Source: Eledone cirrhosa
Taxonomy: Eukaryota
Length of the DNA stretch: 64,000 nucleotides
Direction: 5' to 3'
NCBI GenBank assembly: GCA_964016885.1
Contig: OZ024744.1
Coordinates: forward strand, 7,812,001-7,876,000
Both the position numbers and the translations under genes were made by a program. Shown piece by piece: positions 13,828-26,900 of the stretch (positions are counted from its first letter, which is position 1; every line of letters begins with the position of its first letter). Under the pieces are notes generated by a model. The model was not told where the DNA came from, ran no database searches, and saw only the letters and a program-made list of their open reading frames with translations.

Positions 13828-13862
13828 ATCATCATCATCGTTTAACGTCCATCTTCCACGCT
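13828..13862 (-). mobile_element. Very short retroposon 3'-end remnant with (GAT)n tail
   Basis: ATCATCATCATCGTTTAACGTCC is the reverse complement of GGACGTTAAAC(GAT)n, recalled as a common octopus retroposon tail. Confidence 0.45.
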
Positions 13863-13865
13863 ATA

Positions 13866-14058
13866 TATAAAATCAAGGGAAAGCAAACAAAGAAAAAATA
13901 AAATAAAAAAATTTCAAAAAATTCACTGTACTTACTATATGTGCCTTTACCGCGGTTTCAGATCCCAAAACAAGTAAAGGCACATATAGTAAGTACAGTG
14001 AATTTTTTATTTTTTATTTTTTTATATTTTTCTTTATTTGCTTTCCCTTGATGTTATA
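13866..14058. repeat. Fold-back inverted repeat with an HHR 3' half at the apex
   Basis: ATCAAGGGAAAGCAAA...TTCACTGTACTTACTATATGTGCCTTTAC versus GTAAAGGCACATATAGTAAGTACAGTGAA...TTTGCTTTCCCTTGAT. Minus strand 13948-13959 reads GAAAC-CGCG-GTA. Confidence 0.85.
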
Positions 14059-14221
14059 TGTTCTGGCTTGTTAGATTATTAACTTACCATTGAACCACAC
14101 TAGCATACGGTCCGACTATACTTGTATCCCTGTGTGTATTACTTACATGTAGGAACACATACTTTTATTATATATATATATAATAAAAGTATGTGTTTCT
14201 ACATGTAAATAATACATTTAT

Positions 14222-14222
14222 T

Positions 14223-14277
<55 letters not shown>

Positions 14278-14335
14278 GTATATATATATATATACATATA
14301 TATATATACACATATATATATATACATATATACAT

Positions 14336-14366
<31 letters not shown>

Positions 14367-14433
14367 CATATATATACTATACATATATATATACATATAT
14401 ATATATACATATATATATATACATATATATATA
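14222..14433. repeat. (AT)n microsatellite
   Basis: Direct reading. Confidence 0.95.
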
Positions 14434-14569
14434 GTATTTACGTATCGAGAAAGAGAGAAAAAGGAGGGATAGGTGATACATATAGTTATTTGCCAAGTAG
14501 CGTATGCCAAAGGTGCTCGATACTAGTGCCGGCAGTATTAAATATTCGAAGTGTTAATATTTAGTGGGC

Positions 14570-14901
14570 TAGAGAGTTAGCAGAGCGTAAGCACGTGGGA
14601 AAGTAAAACATCGGAGAATAGACCGTTAAAACATGTTTATTTAAAATATCACCTACGTACGTTTCGCCCAGTTGGGCTTCTCAAGGGCATAAATAATCAC
14701 AAGTGTTCCATATATAGTTCGGAAAGAGTTTACCCCCCAAAACTCTTTCCGAACTATATATGGAACACTTGTGATTATTTATGCCCTTGAGAAGCCCAAC
14801 TGGGCGAAACGTACGTAGGTGATATTTTAAATAAACATGTTTTAACGGTCTATTCTCCGATTTTTTACTTTCCCGCGTGCTTACGCTCTGCTAACTCTCT
14901 A
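14570..14901. mobile_element. Near-perfect palindrome of about 330 bp with a variant HHR in each arm
   Basis: Arms of about 160 bp (AGAGAGTTAGCAGAGCG... / ...CGCTCTGCTAACTCTCT) with a short loop near 14735. Plus strand 14787-14817 reads TTGAGAA-GCCC-AACT-GGGC-GAAAC-GTAC-GTA. Confidence 0.9.
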
Positions 14902-14998
14902 TATACATATATATATATACATATATATATACATATATACATACATATATATATACATACATTTATATATATATATAGAGAGAGAGATAGATAGATAC

Positions 14999-15053
<55 letters not shown>

Positions 15054-15069
15054 AATACATACATATATA

Positions 15070-15105
<36 letters not shown>

Positions 15106-15132
15106 TGTATGTATGTATGTATGTATGTATAT
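14900..15132. repeat. Compound (AT)n/(ATGT)n microsatellite
   Basis: Direct reading. Confidence 0.95.
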
Positions 15133-15851
15133 ATTGTTCATAATTGGTAGTTAGGATATGAAATCTGACTGAAAAATTACAGAAAGTCACCAAATATTTT
15201 TGAAGACGCTGGACCAGTGTTTTCATCTACATCTCTAATAGCCACGATAAGAAATTAACAACAACAACAATAATAATAATACAAATAATAATAATTATTA
15301 TTATTTCCACAATCATTGTTATTATTGAAGTTGTGCTTGCTATTTTTGTTAATATTGTTGTTATTATTATTGTTATTGTTATCAATACGTTTATTGTTAT
15401 TGTTATTACTCTCAGTGAATTCAGAACGAGACAGTTATTTTACTCTTATAGAAATGAGTGTAAGAGAGTGTTGCATTTTGCTTGAAGAATTGTACATTAA
15501 GTATAGGAAGAAATTGGAATGCTGTGACAGGGCGAAAGGTGTGGTACGATTTAAGATAAAAGAAGGCAACAAAGATGAGACTTTAATTTTCGATATAAAC
15601 TCTCCTCATCAGAAGTCAAAAACTCTTGAAAAAAAAAGATATCACATACAAGATATAACGTTTTTTCTATTTTCCAAGGGTTTGGGATTCTGATGAGGAG
15701 ATTTTATCTAAAAAAATTAAGGTCATATTTGAGTAAAGAACAGGTAACAAAGAGCAGCTTTGTTACCTTCTGTTATCTTAAATCATACCACACCTTTCAT
15801 ATTTTTGCACCCTTCTATTTACATACCTTCTTAATGAGTGTGTCTTTATGT

Positions 15852-15855
<4 letters not shown>

Positions 15856-15917
<62 letters not shown>
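15856..15917. repeat. (GA)n microsatellite
   Basis: Direct reading. Confidence 0.97.
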
Positions 15918-15920
<3 letters not shown>

Positions 15921-17132
15921 CGGGAGAGAAAGATTAAGAGTGGGTGTTTAATGTATATACAAAAACAAGTTATGAAATAATTAGTAGAATATTAATTAAT
16001 TTATGGCTCCTGCAATGATAATCTTCATTATATTCCTTAATTACATATGTTATTCCCCCACCCTTCCTACACATACATCAGTGGAATAGCCTCTAGAAAA
16101 GAAACCGCTGCTTCATTAAAAATTAAAACTTAATATTACAAACATGTCGATTATAGCTTTGTTAACAAACATACAAAAAAGGAATGGAACAAAAATGTTT
16201 CATCATTTCGCATTAAGCTAAATTCTTGACTTTATATCTTTCATACATAATAATACATATTTTATTAATTATTATGGCATTATCTAAAAAGAAAAAGAAA
16301 ACGATAAAAAAAATGACCTTAGACAGAACAGACAGTTATATGTATACAATTTATTGACATATATGAACTAGTAATTTGGTTGAAATTATCGATTTATTGA
16401 TATTAGTATATATTATAATTTTTTTTATTAGATTTTGGGGGTCTTTTATTTATGTGTTGGGGTTTTTTTACATTTTATTTTTTCTTTTAAAGTAATTAAT
16501 AAGAACCTCATTAAAATGGCCTGAAGGAAAGAAAGATCCATAGAGACACAATAATGGTGTGGAGAGCTCTCTATACACAGACATTTTTTATTTTGGTGGT
16601 GTTTTCCCCACAAAAAAGGAAAGATAAGCAGATTAAGTTTTGTGACCACTATTTGTCCCTTCAGGCTGAGGTTTGAAAAAAAATCAAATATTTTATATTT
16701 TGGCCTTTTTTTTTTCAAAGATTTACCATCATACAAAGAAATTCAGAGAAAATATTGAGGTTTCTCTCTATATTATTATTACATTGTTGATTTTGGTTGT
16801 TGTTATTGTTGTTGTTTTTATTCATTTAATATTCTCAGCCAGCTAAATATAGCAAAGAATTAGAATTTAGAATTTTCTCACTACATTCACTAAAGATTTA
16901 TTTTTCAGTGAAATTTGCTTAATCAATTAGTCATCGTTAAAAATACACGTGACACATGAAAATAAAGAGACTCACAGAAACAAAAAAACAAACAACCCAC
17001 AAACACTGACAAAACAGACTCACAAACATAAACAAATTCAGACATATGTATACATAAACTTGTTTAATCCCCGTACATGTGCGGATTAATAGAAGGTATA
17101 TAAAAAAACATTACAGAAATGAAAGCCACTCC

Positions 17133-17225
17133 ATATACACACACATATATATATATATGTGTGTGTGTATATATATGTATATATATATGTATATATATAT
17201 GTATGTATATATATATATATATATG

Positions 17226-17286
<61 letters not shown>

Positions 17287-17520
17287 ATGCTTTCATTTAA
17301 CTCAAATATTCAAACATTTCTCCCGATTTATTATATATATATATATATATTTACATATATATATACACATTTATATATATATAATTATACATATACGAAT
17401 ATATATACACATATATATGCATATATATATATATATATAGTTACATATATATACTCATATATATATATACATATATTTATGTAATATATATCTATGTATA
17501 TATATATATATATGTATATA

Positions 17521-17554
<34 letters not shown>
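17133..17554. repeat. Degenerate (AT)n microsatellite field
   Basis: Direct reading. Confidence 0.95.
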
Positions 17555-17881
17555 AGCTTTTTTTCTGATTTTACGCCAAAATATTTAGAAAATGTGATTC
17601 GAAAGAATAAAACTGAAATGAAAAATACAATTTCAAAAAGAAAATAAAGTAAAAATGGCAACCCAGATTTCTTGTGATCTGCCTAAAATTGGCAGAGATC
17701 ACATGTAGTTTTGTTATTTGATTTAATGATAAAAAAATGGAACAACATATTGAATTTCGTTTTGTTTTTTGTTTTCTTTCTTTCTATTTGTTTGTATTCT
17801 ATCTATATTGGTATTACTCAGCACATTTGACCATTAGGTATATATTTTAATGGAATCGTTACTTTTTTTGTACTCTTCTTG

Positions 17882-17941
<60 letters not shown>

Positions 17942-18020
17942 CGAAGGAAATGTGGTAAGGAACCAGATGGACCATAACGCACCAAAGTACTCAATACTTA
18001 AGGTAGCAGAGTGGGTAATA

Positions 18021-18132
18021 GGAACGAGTAGGACCCCGACGGCTGAGCTCAAGCCGTTTCGATGGCTAATTCTGGACGCAGAATTAGCCGTCGAAACGGC
18101 TTGAGCTCAGCCGTCGGGGTCCTACTCGTTCC
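18021..18132. repeat. GC-rich near-perfect hairpin (about 54-bp arms) containing an HHR 3' half
   Basis: GGAACGAGTAGGACCCCGACGGC... versus ...GCCGTCGGGGTCCTACTCGTTCC. The right arm reads GAAA-CGGC-TTGAGCTCA-GCCG-TC. Confidence 0.85.
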
Positions 18133-18278
18133 GATATATATATATTCTCGGTCAAAGTTCCGCAGACTATCTATCTATGTATATCTCTCTCCCCCTCTCT
18201 CTCTCTGTCTCTCTCTCCCCCTCTCTCTCAATCTCCCCCCTCCCCCTCTCTCTCTATGTATATATATGTATATATATA

Positions 18279-18716
18279 TGTAGCGACGTGTTTAGTCGGT
18301 CTGGTCACTTCTTCTGATCGGATCCGAGAATAGCCCTTAAAAGGACTGTTGTCACATACGGTAAGGATGATCAAACGGAAGCACAAGTTGAAAGGACGAG
18401 CAAGGCGAGAGATGTAGTTTCGGTCAGCTATTTATTTTCATACATGAAGCGACGATACAGAGGTACAAGGCTTGTGAGAGTGACAAGCGTGGCAGAGGAG
18501 AGGAACAACGATACGCGAGTTGACTCTGCCAAAGGTCGACTGGCGAAAGTGTTTGGAATCACTCTATTTATACAAAAATAATCATTTGATGTTTAGCCGC
18601 TGCGTAGGCGTTTTATTTTGGTGGCTCAAAGGGTTGTTTGTTTCACGGTGAGGTAGCTAGCTAAGCAGATAGATAGAGTTGTTTATTTCACAGATGTTAT
18701 TTCCGGTGGCTGTACA
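18279..18716 (-). mobile_element. Probable solo LTR (438 bp) within (TA)n
   Basis: TGTA...TACA termini. On the minus strand, TATAAATA (about 18565-72) precedes AATAAA (about 18432-37), the expected U3-R-U5 order. Confidence 0.55.
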
Positions 18717-19857
18717 TATATATATATATATATTTAAGTTTGGTGGTTCACCAATGGAAAGAACTGGTCATTCATATAGTCAACCATAATGTAATATTAT
18801 GAAAAGCACTCGACATTTTGCAACTCATCCATCTTTGATATTGAATCATGTTGGTGGTGCGAGAACGGAATTAAATATTAATGAGTAAAATGAGAGGAGG
18901 CCGGACTGGTGAAATTCCTTTAAAGATTAATCATAGCAGATATTATATACATTTCAGTGACCAAGTTCCATAAGGTCCTGGTGACATCATCAGGAGTTTA
19001 TTGCATAATAGTAATATAATAAAGGAATAATGGTAAACACAATCCAAGAGGCTAACAAAAAAAGAAAAATGTTTTGACTCAAAGGTTGTCAGTTGTTGTC
19101 AGTTTGGCTGACTACCTTCGAGTGAGGATTCTCATCAATTTCGTCTTACCGGTTTAGTTAGGGGGCTACTAATTTGGTTAGGGGGCTACTAGTATGCTTA
19201 GTACGCATACTACTACCACCCTGCTGGTTGGGTTAGGGGGTTGTAAACGTAGTACACCTACTACTACAACGCTACCACTCACTGCCATTTGGACACATGT
19301 TAGTAGTAAAGGAGATTAAGTTACAGAGGAAAATATTCAGTTGGGGTCAGCCTAAAGTTCTATAAAAATAAATATAGTATATTCAGATCTAGAAACTAAC
19401 AAGTTTTAAGGTAGAATTTAAAGTTAAGATAAAAGATTAAAAATGTAAAATTTAAGTTTAAAATTTAAATTTGATTAAAGAATTAGAAGGAAGCATTAAT
19501 GTAAAAATTAAATGTATCTTTGATAGTCCTGATAAAGGTTCCTTCCATCACTGTGTGTTTGTGATGTAGAGAAATGAGTGTCTTTCGTTAGCTACTGAAA
19601 TAATAGCTTCACAGTCACCGCAGATTCATAAGCCCGCGAACATTTCCGAGTAAAGTCTCATATCAAGAATAGGGAAATTTCTATTATTTCCAAGCACTCC
19701 AGGAAACGTCCACAGGCTCATGTCACACGTGACCAGAAGAGTCAGTATAGTTGGTTTTTGAAGCAACGTATACCAGCCAGTTATTAGTTATAAATACTAG
19801 TTATATTATTAATTCTATTGTGTTTTTTAGCCTCTTGGTATGTGTTTACCATTATTC

Positions 19858-21805
19858 TCTCAGAAAAGAGAGCCATAGAAAACATCAAGAAAAATCCAAA
19901 ATGTTTCTACAGTTTTGCAAAGAAATACTCGAATACCAAGTCAACAATAGGACCTCTCCAGAGACAAAATGGGGATGTTGTGAATAACCCTATTGAAATG
20001 GCAGAAATATTGGGTCAACAGTATGAAAGTGTCTTCAGTGAGCCATCTAAACCCATGAAGATCCATGACCCAGGAGAATTCTTCAAGGATATCGACCATA
20101 CTAAACCTACCCTATCCGACATTGATTTCAACCCAGAAGACATAGAAAGAGCCATAGACAAGCTCTCCATGCACTCGGCTGCGGGGCCTGATGGTTTCAA
20201 TGCCATGATACTTAAAAACTGCAAGGTACAATTGTTGAAACCCCTTTACATGATATGGAAGGAATCTATGGAGAATGGCAAAATACCAAATACATATAAA
20301 GAAGCACACATAACTCCAATACATAAAGGGGACAGCAAATCAAAACCAAAGAACTACCGACCAATCTCACTGACATCACACATTATCAAGGTCTTCGAAA
20401 TAATAGTTCGTGGAATCCAACAATCTGATGAATTGCAATCAGCATGGATTCAGGTTAGGTAGATCATGTCTTTCCCAACTACTGGCACACCATGACCAAA
20501 TCCTAGAAAATCTAGAGAATGGATACAACACAGATGTTATTTACCTCGACTTTGCCAAGACATTTGACAAGGTAGATCATGGCATCCTGGGACACAAACT
20601 TCGAAAGCTAGGAGTAGGAGGAAAAGTTGGTACATGGATACATGAGTTCCTTACAAATAGAACTCAAACAGTCACTGTGAATGGAACCCATTCAACACCA
20701 TCACCTGTGACCAGCAGTGTTCCTCAGGGTACAGTACTCGGCCCGATCCTGTTTCTCATCCTCATCTCTGACATAGATGAAGATACAACCAGCAACGTCT
20801 CATCCTTTGCTGATGACACCAGGGTCATGAGACAAATCAAAGACGAGGTGGATACAGAGGCCTTACAAAAGGACCTAACCACCATATACAAATGGCAGGA
20901 AACAAACAACATGTTGTTCAATGATAAGAAGTTTGAACTAATTCGCTACGGAACAGATCAAGATCTGAAAAATACAACAAACTACAGAAACCCATCAGGA
21001 CAACAAATAATGGAAAAACAGTGTGTGAAAGATTTAGGCATCCACATGGGAACCAGCCTAAAATTCAGAGAACACCTTGACTCAGTCTGTCTTACTACAA
21101 GAAAGTACAGCGGGTGGATCTTGCGCACCTTCAAATCAAGAGATACCTCAACAATGAAAACCCTCTGGAACAGTATGATACTTCCGAGGATTGACTACTG
21201 TTCTCAGTTGTGGTCACCAACAACAAAGGGCCAACTATCTAAGATGGAATCGCTCCAAAGAAATGTTACCTCATACTTCTCAGAAACGAGGGACCTGGAC
21301 TATTGGCAAAGAATCAGAACCTTGAAGATGTACTCAATAGAAAGAAGATTTGAGCGATACCGAATTATATACATTTGGAAAATGATAGAGCAAAAGGTGC
21401 CAAACTTTGGTATCAAAACCTACCACTCACTGCGCCACGGAAGACGCTGCCAGCTACCACCAATCAACAAAAGGGCTGGCCAGGCAGCAAAAACCCTGCG
21501 AGAGTCAAGTCTGTTGGTTAGAGGGGCACAGCTATTCAACTCCATTCTGGTACATGTCAGAAATCTATCAGGATGCAGTGTGGAATCATTCAAATTGCAG
21601 CTGGATAGATACTTAAGCACCATTAGAGATGAACCCCATCTCCCAGGATATACACAACGAGCACAAACTGACTCAAACTCGCTCCTACACATGTCAAAAT
21701 TAAACAGAGAATCCAACCTGGCAACCACACCAGACTCTGAGGGTGGAGTCTTCGACTTGGCCTGAGCATGGACTCAAACTCAAATGAAATGAAATGAAAT
21801 GAAAT
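19858..21805 (+). mobile_element. 5'-truncated CR1-group LINE with (GAAAT)n tail
   Basis: ORFs 19818-20462 and 20410-21765 (one frameshift): NPKCFYSFAK, AAGPDG, NYRPISLTS, QHGFR, YLDFAKTFDKVDH, VPQGTVLGP, FADD, KDLG, DYCSQLWSP. Tandem pentamer tail at 21781-21805. Confidence 0.92.
19861..21765 (+). pseudogene. LINE ORF2 reverse transcriptase (endonuclease missing, one frameshift near 20410)
   Basis: Full RT motif series, with a 451-aa stop-free segment. Confidence 0.9.
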
Positions 21806-21831
21806 TCCTTTATTAAATAACTATTATGCAA

Positions 21832-21895
21832 CAAACACCTGATGATGTCACTAGGATCTTACGGAACTTGGCCACTGAAATGTACATAGTGTTTG
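21832..21895 (+). ncRNA. Type I hammerhead ribozyme
   Basis: Stem I CAAACAC/GTGTTTG (7 bp perfect), CTGATGA (21839-45), imperfect stem II, GAAA (21877-80), palindromic ATGTACAT stem III, predicted AUA cleavage triplet. A weaker mirror copy lies at about 18940-18998 on the minus strand. Confidence 0.75.
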
Positions 21896-21950
21896 ATAAA
21901 ATAAATCTTTGAAAGAATTTCACCAGTCTGACCTCCTGTCATTTTACTCA

Positions 21951-21952
<2 letters not shown>

Positions 21953-22040
<88 letters not shown>
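21953..22040. repeat. (TATC)n/(GATA)n microsatellite, about 22 units
   Basis: Direct reading. It abuts the 5' end of the first Tx1-like LINE. Confidence 0.97.
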
Positions 22041-22041
<1 letters not shown>

Positions 22042-22266
22042 CTCTATCAGACGTGTGTAACTTCGCGGAGAAGTTTCCGTTAATTTATGTAAGAAAAAAA
22101 CGTGAGTTTTTAGTTAAATTTTATATCATTGTGTAACATGACGCCCCGTCTGGACCTTCAGGTGGTGGGTCAACTCATTTTCGCCCCTACAGGGGCGGAA
22201 TATCCATTTGAAAAAATTTTTCTCCATCGAATCTTGGAAAAAATATTGTAAAATTTTGATTACGTT

Positions 22267-23880
22267 ATGAACGCTGTGTCCAACGATAATGGTGGTGGAG
22301 AGGCGGTAAGACTACAAAGCTCGCAGTCAACAACGTCTTCTTCACTAGATACTATAGAGATGGAAAGACGAAATGAAAATGTAAAAATGAATTCACATCC
22401 AAACAACACAAATGACACCAAACAATTCAATGACAACAAAAATAACAGCAACACCAATAATGATGATAAAAGCAACAATGATAACAACAACAAAGAAAAA
22501 AATAAAGACAACACTAATAACACCAGCATCAAAGACAACAACAACACCAAGGAAAATTCGAATAATACCAACATCGGTGACAACAAGAATAACAACAACA
22601 ATAATAACAATAATGACAACACCAACAACGCGAATTCCACAAAGAAACCAAAAATCTCCTTTGCAGAGAAAGTTAAAAAAAAAAGGAATTGATATATCTC
22701 GACATAACAAATGCTGAACAACTTTTAAAGGACGCTAGGAGATATGTCACTTTCGAAAAAAATGGTGCTTTCAGCATCAATTCTTCGGTAGAAATTCGCA
22801 AGGAAACTGCTCTCAAAACGATAGTTTGTAGGACAGTTTCCAATTCTACCCGAAAACCAGTCCAATTGTCACAGAAAGAAATTGAACTGGTTTTCAAAAA
22901 TTCAATGAATGATATTGCATTCATTCAAAGAAGCAAACTTTTTGGGAGTATTTAGGTACTCATGAAGGATCAATTGACGGCCCAAAATTACTCTGTGTCG
23001 CCAATTGTATCCAACCTGTACACCTTTTTCCCTACATACATGGGAAAAAGGACACAAAAGATCAGAATCACGAGTGTCACACCAAAGGTGAACATATGGT
23101 GGATACTGTGCGGCTTCATCAATTTTGATGAAGACAGAATACTGTCAGTAGGAAAGTCCCCCAGAGATGTATTCAATGGGACTAGCATTGAAGTTCTGGT
23201 GCAAATGAGCCCAGAGCGAATAGCTATGATCCCACAACGTGTACTCCTGGACGGACTCACCTACATAAACTTTTCGGTTGAGGGTAGGCGGCCTTCATGT
23301 TACCATTGCTTTAGCAGGGGTCACCTGAGGGCTTCCTTTCCTAAATTAATGAATAAAAAAAGGCTCTTCTGCCGACACCCATCAAAACAACACAACCACC
23401 AACACCACCACAACAACAACAACAACACCAACACACAAAAATAACCACAACAAACACAGTCCCACCCAACCCCACTCCACCTAAAACCACTGCAAAATCA
23501 CATACAGATACAACAGCTCCCCAAGACATACCCCTCCCAATCACGCAGACGATACAACGGATGAGGCTATCTCGCCATCACCCAGTGAAGACGAGGGAGA
23601 ACCCCATCGTTCGAAAAGAAAGAAAACTGATTAGGGTCCCTATACAAACTTATAGGTCCCTAAAAGAAACATTTGAGAAGGATGTGGGGAATTACTGCGT
23701 GAAACCACTCAACCGCGTCCTTCTCAAATGTCTCCCCACCCCAGACACCCCCATCCCACCAGACCCCACGCCACCAAACATCTCCGTCCCCACCCCGCCG
23801 GAAACCACCACCAATCCAGACAACCCCTCCAACACCCCCATGTAAATCGTGCGGCCTGGTCCCCAGGAGACGAAGGGTGA
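22267..23880 (+). pseudogene. ORF1 of copy 1 (N-rich N-terminus, conserved core, zinc knuckle CYHCFSRGHLRAS)
   Basis: Consecutive ORF fragments homologous to copies 2 and 3 (FFPTYMGKRTQKI, NIWWI, VEGR); stops and frameshifts present. Confidence 0.85.
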
Positions 23881-23917
23881 GTGATCTCTTTTTCTCTTTT
23901 AACTTTTCAGCACCAAC

Positions 23918-26900
23918 ATGGCCATTATAAGAGCTGGATGTGTGAACGTACGCGGTCTGGGGATGCCCTGGAAACAGGGCAAACTCTTAAACGACCTCAG
24001 GTCACACAGTATGGATGTGGTAGCCATTTACGAGTCCAGTATCCACAGCGAGCGACAGCTGGCCCCCATCTTCGATGACTTTGAGATCTACGCATCTCTC
24101 TGTCAACCGGGGGGTGGGGGCGGAGTTGCCGTTTTGCGGCGGAAACACCTGGGCCTCGTAACACAGACGGTACATCTGGACCCGGAGGGTCGACTGGTGG
24201 TCCTAGACGTTAACGGTAGTGAAGGTGGAGCCTTCAGGCTGGTGGCCGCATATGCCCCATCCGGGCCACCGCGGCCAGACTTCTTCAAACGTCTAGAGAC
24301 TTTTCTGGGAACGTCCCGCTCCTTGCTTTTAGTGGGGGACTGGAATGGAATCCTAGATGCACGTTGGGACTATGTGGGAGCATGTCCCGATAAAGGGGGT
24401 TGTAGCAGCCTCAAATAGTTAATCGACCGATTTGACCTGGCCGATAGATATCGACTAGATTTTCCGACTGCGCCACTGTGGACGTGGAGTAATCGTAGCG
24501 GAACATCAAGATCGTACCTAGATAGGGTTCTAGTTAGAAATAAGGATATGGACATGTTAAGCTGTCCACAAATGTTCATGGTTGCCTATTCAGATCACAA
24601 ACTAGTGACCTGCATGGCCAACCTTGATAGAACCCATAGACAAGGGCCCGGCTACTGGAAGCTGAACTTGTCGTTACCGACAAGCAAAGCCTGCAGTAGA
24701 CGGATTAGCACGTTAGTTAAACAGCACTTGACAGGGCCATTGTCAACAACAGATGGTGGTACTCTCTCAAGAGGGCAGTTAGATTAGACTCGATAGTTTT
24801 TATAAAGAATTAGCGTTAGATAGAAATAGAACCGAGGAACTGGTAGATAAAGTAGAAGAGGCAATTAGAAGTGGCAACGTAGCCAGCGTGCTAGAAACGA
24901 GAACGGCTTTGGACCAGTTCTTCGACGCAAAGCACGAGGGCTGCGTTGTCAGAAGCAAAATACGTGCTCTGGGAAACGAGGGAGCCAAAGCTGTTAGCTG
25001 GGCCCGAGTGACGGAGGCAAAAAGTGGCAACAAGTCCACGATTCGGTCTTTGAAGGACCAACACGGACGCGTGATACGTGAGCCGAAGCAGATGTGTGCG
25101 GCTTTTCAGCGGCACTTTGCTCAGCTGTTTGGGGGGGGGGGGGGATGAGGCTATGGATTTCGGTCCATACCTCGACGGCCTACCGCGACTCTCGGACAGT
25201 GAGGAAAAGTTCTGCGAAAAGCCGATTTCAGCCACTGAGATAGGGGACGCGCTGAGCCAATGCAGCAAACGCAAATCTCCAGGTCTCGACAGTCTGCCCT
25301 ACGAATTTTACGTAGCAATGCCGGACTTATTTTCCGGTCTCCTGGAAGCGGTCTACTGCAACTGGCAACAGAACGGGAGAATTCCCAGTTCTGTAACCGG
25401 GGGCGTGGTCACACTAATCAGGAAGGACGAGAATAAGAGGGATGACATAGGCAACTTCCGGCCCATAACTCTGCTAAACACAGAGTTACAGATTTTGGCC
25501 AAGGTGTTGGCAAAGAGGCTGGCGCTTGTCGTCGAGAACCTGGTGGGAGAAGCGCAGACATGCGCCAATCCCGACCAGGTCCATACACGACAACCTGCAC
25601 CTCATGCGATACATCATAGAGAGGGTAGAGTGTAAACCCGGCTTCGGTGGCGCCCTGATCAACTTGGATCAGTCTAAGGCTTTCGATAGGGTTGACCATC
25701 TTTACCTGGATCCGGTGCTCGAGGCGGGAGGCTTTGGAACCGTGCTCAAGGGTCAAGGTGAACGGCTACCTCTAACAGCCGTTCCATATCACGCGATCCA
25801 TCCGACAGGGATGCCCTCTCTCCTCCCTTCTGTACGTACTGACTTCGAGCCACTACTGCGGAAGTTGGAGCTATTGCAGGGCATCCCTTTGGAACCGGGA
25901 CTGCGAAAAGCGACGTCGGCCTACGCCGAGGACGTGACAGTAATGGTGTCGAGCACCTCGCAAATCGGGGAGATAGGTACCTTACTGAAGGAATACGAAA
26001 GATTCACAGGAGCGAAGCTGAACAGGGACAAATCCATCGGTTTGCAACTCGGAACGTTGAGAGGCAAACCGATGCCTTCCGATGGCGTCGTCGGACGCTG
26101 GACGGAAGGACCGGTAAAGCTGCTCGGGGTATGGTTTGGTCCGGACCTCCGGGTGGAGAAGAACTGGAACGAGGTGACGGCCAAGATGTTTGTGCTCACC
26201 CAGAAGTGGGCCGAGTGCAAACTATCCTTGAAAGGTCAAGCGGAGGTGGCGAACACTTTTATAGCCTCCGTCATCTACTCCCGCTTGACCGTTGTGCCTT
26301 GTCCAGCCAAAACGCTCACCAAAATGGAGCGCGCGCTCTTCCAAATCCTTTGGAAGAAACGGGCTCCTTTGGTGAGAAGATCCATCTGCTGCCAACACCC
26401 TTCAAACGGAGGGCTGGGGATGCCGTGGCTGACGATGCGCAAACACGCGCTCAGGCTGTTCGTGAGGCGAGCCTTCCCACGACTTGTCTCGCTGACCGAG
26501 CTGCAGTCCTGGGTTAAGCAAAGACCGAGGAAACTGGGCGACTAGCACATCGAATGTGCTCAGGCGCTACCAGTCCTCTGGCAAACGGACCCGGCGATCA
26601 ATGGAGACTCCACTTCGACATTCTATAGAGGGTTGGTCCGCAGCAAGTGCGACGACACGCTCGGAGAAACTCTAGGCGTAGAGGAGGACGAACTGGCCAG
26701 TCTGTTCGGTAGGACCTTCCGCCCGGGACCAATGAACAACATCCAAAATCCCTGGCCTGGCAGTGCTACCGAGGAGCTCTACCAGTTCGAGACAAGCTCT
26801 ACAGACACGGGCGCCCGGGTAGGGACCCTTCGAAAAAGATCTGTCCGAGATGCGTGCGCGACGAGGAAACCGTCGCCCACGCATTTGTACACTGCCCGGG

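Larger units (their letters stand above)
18880..21952. mobile_element. PLE-type element with inverted HHR-bearing termini; right arm split by a CR1-group LINE
   Basis: 18880-19055 is the reverse complement of 19827-19857 joined to 21804-21952 (TAGCCTCTTGG..TGTTTACCATTATTC|CTTTATT..CTGATGATGTCAC..TTTCACCAGTC..CATTTTACTCA). Confidence 0.75.

Noticed and set aside
15960-16950. Unique AT-rich stretch with TAAT/ATTA motifs, a possible enhancer or exon
   Set aside because: Such motifs are expected at this AT content. There is no supported ORF or splice structure without conservation data.
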